Shown here: one piece after another, positions 40,843 through 41,803 of the stretch
Layout of the letters: each line of letters begins with the position of its first letter
Numbering within the stretch: position 1 is the first letter of the stretch
From: an uncultured Clostridia bacterium
GTDB taxonomy: Bacteria > Bacillota > Clostridia > TANB77 > CAG-508
Direction: 5' to 3'
Assembly: GCA_947624925.1 (NCBI GenBank)
Contig: CANQMG010000002.1
Coordinates: forward strand, 1-41,803
Length of the DNA stretch: 41,803 bases
Position numbers and translations under genes: made by a program
The notes under the pieces: generated by a model
Told to the model about the DNA's origin: nothing
The model's input: only the letters and a program-made list of their open reading frames with translations
The model's database searches: none

Positions 40843-41538
40843 TTATCCTACTTCTTCTATTTCTTCATTTTTTGAAGAATCTTCATTTTCATTTATTACC
40901 TCTAGGCTTGCAATAGATACTTCATATGCAACTCTAGTTTCTGATGTTCCATCTTCATATTTTTTCTCATAAGTTCTTGATTGAACTCTTCCTACTATTT
41001 TTACCTCTGTGCCTGTTGGTAAGTTTTGGCAAAATCTAGCATTTCTTCCCCATGCGATTGATGGTATATAATCTGATTTATTATATGCTCTATTTACAGC
41101 TAACAAAATATCTGCAATTTCTCTTCCAAATGGTGTTTGTCTATAAATAGGTTTTTTACAAATAAACCCTGTTAATGAAACTTCATTTGAAACAAGCTGT
41201 TTTTTATTTCCTTCTTCATCTAATTCATTATAATCACTTTCCATGATTATGTCTTTAGCAAATACTGTAAGTATAAGCCTATTTTTTTCACCTTCATAGC
41301 TATTGTATGATCTAAATTGTCCTTTTACAATAAGCATATTTCCAATTTTTAATAATTCATCATTTATTATTCTTTCTGAAACTGTAATAGGTATGATGTC
41401 TGTAGTATCACTTAAACGTGCAACCTCCAAATTAAATATGTAGAACTTTTCTCCATAAATTTCATGACTAAATATTTTTTCGCTTGTAACCTTTCCCACT
41501 AGAACTAAGTGGTTATTATCTGAATAATTTGTATTCAA
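40843..41538 (-). CDS. Single-stranded DNA-binding protein-like, two tandem OB folds
   Basis: Two SSB-like modules: NHLVLVGKVTSE...IIPITV...LIVKGQFRSYN and NEVSLTGFICKKPIYRQTPFGREIADILLAVNR...IPSIAWGRNA...VKIVGRVQSRTYEKK. The tail is acidic. TTG start lies 7 nt after the SD GGGAGG. Confidence 0.7.
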   Translation of the reverse strand: MNTNYSDNNHLVLVGKVTSEKIFSHEIYGEKFYIFNLEVARLSDTTDIIPITVSERIINDELLKIGNMLIVKGQFRSYNSYEGEKNRLILTVFAKDIIMESDYNELDEEGNKKQLVSNEVSLTGFICKKPIYRQTPFGREIADILLAVNRAYNKSDYIPSIAWGRNARFCQNLPTGTEVKIVGRVQSRTYEKKYEDGTSETRVAYEVSIASLEVINENEDSSKNEEIEEVG

Positions 41539-41730
41539 TTCAATTCCTCCCTACTATTTATTTATCTACTGTATTTTATTCATAATGCTTAAAGTTTATA
41601 CTAACTTTTTAATTTACATTTTCTATTATACTACCTTTTTTTAGTTTTGTCTACATAAAATGTTAAATTTGTAAAATTTTTCTTGCTCCATTCTATTTTA
41701 TGCTAATATGAAGAATGGTAAGAAAGTATT

Positions 41731-41803
41731 TTATAAATCATATAAAATACCTAAAATTGCAATTCCCATTATCATATTTATATCTTCACTATTTGTATTT
41801 ACT
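41731..41803 (-). CDS. 3' end of an unidentified gene that runs off the right edge
   Basis: An open frame from the window edge reads ...VNTNSEDINMIMGIAILGILYDL + TAA (41733..41731). A hairpin CCATTCT...AGAATGG follows. The fragment is too short to identify. Confidence 0.3.
   Translation of the reverse strand, partial: VNTNSEDINMIMGIAILGILYDL

Overview
Very AT-rich chromosomal segment from a low-GC, endospore-forming Firmicute (Clostridia-like). It holds about 40 genes, and all but htrA are on the minus strand. Housekeeping and stress genes: rny; hrcA-grpE-dnaK-dnaJ behind two CIRCE operators; groES-groEL behind a third CIRCE; pth, rng, rnj, gltX, clpC; a yraN / dprA / comM block; an OmpR-type two-component system next to htrA. 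Sporulation-associated genes: yunB, a DUF3794(SPOCS)+LysM protein, veg, yabG. No rRNA, tRNA, CRISPR array or transposase was seen. Main oddities follow. (1) Four non-essential genes are broken: an IMPase-family gene, an HD-domain gene, a DUF2207 gene and comM. Two of the breaks have the same architecture: an extra C in front of a conserved GGY-AAA (Gly-Lys). Each creates the only in-frame CGG codons I could find in about 12,000 codons. (2) The DUF2207 gene has a single in-frame TGA, while no gene in the window terminates with TGA. (3) A translationally coupled orphan pair (908 aa + 255 aa) with no recognisable catalytic motifs lies downstream of clpC. (4) A tightly packed operon at the left end encodes an AAA_14/DUF4143 ATPase, two orphans, the HD gene and the IMPase gene. 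(5) Two long perfect inverted repeats (29-bp and 27-bp arms) sit at gene 3' ends without U-tracts. (6) A relic copy of the yraN 3' end flanks a YcxB-like gene. (7) 11-bp-phased TTCAC direct repeats cluster around the two-component system and htrA. All calls come from reading the sequence and from motif recall. No database search was possible.
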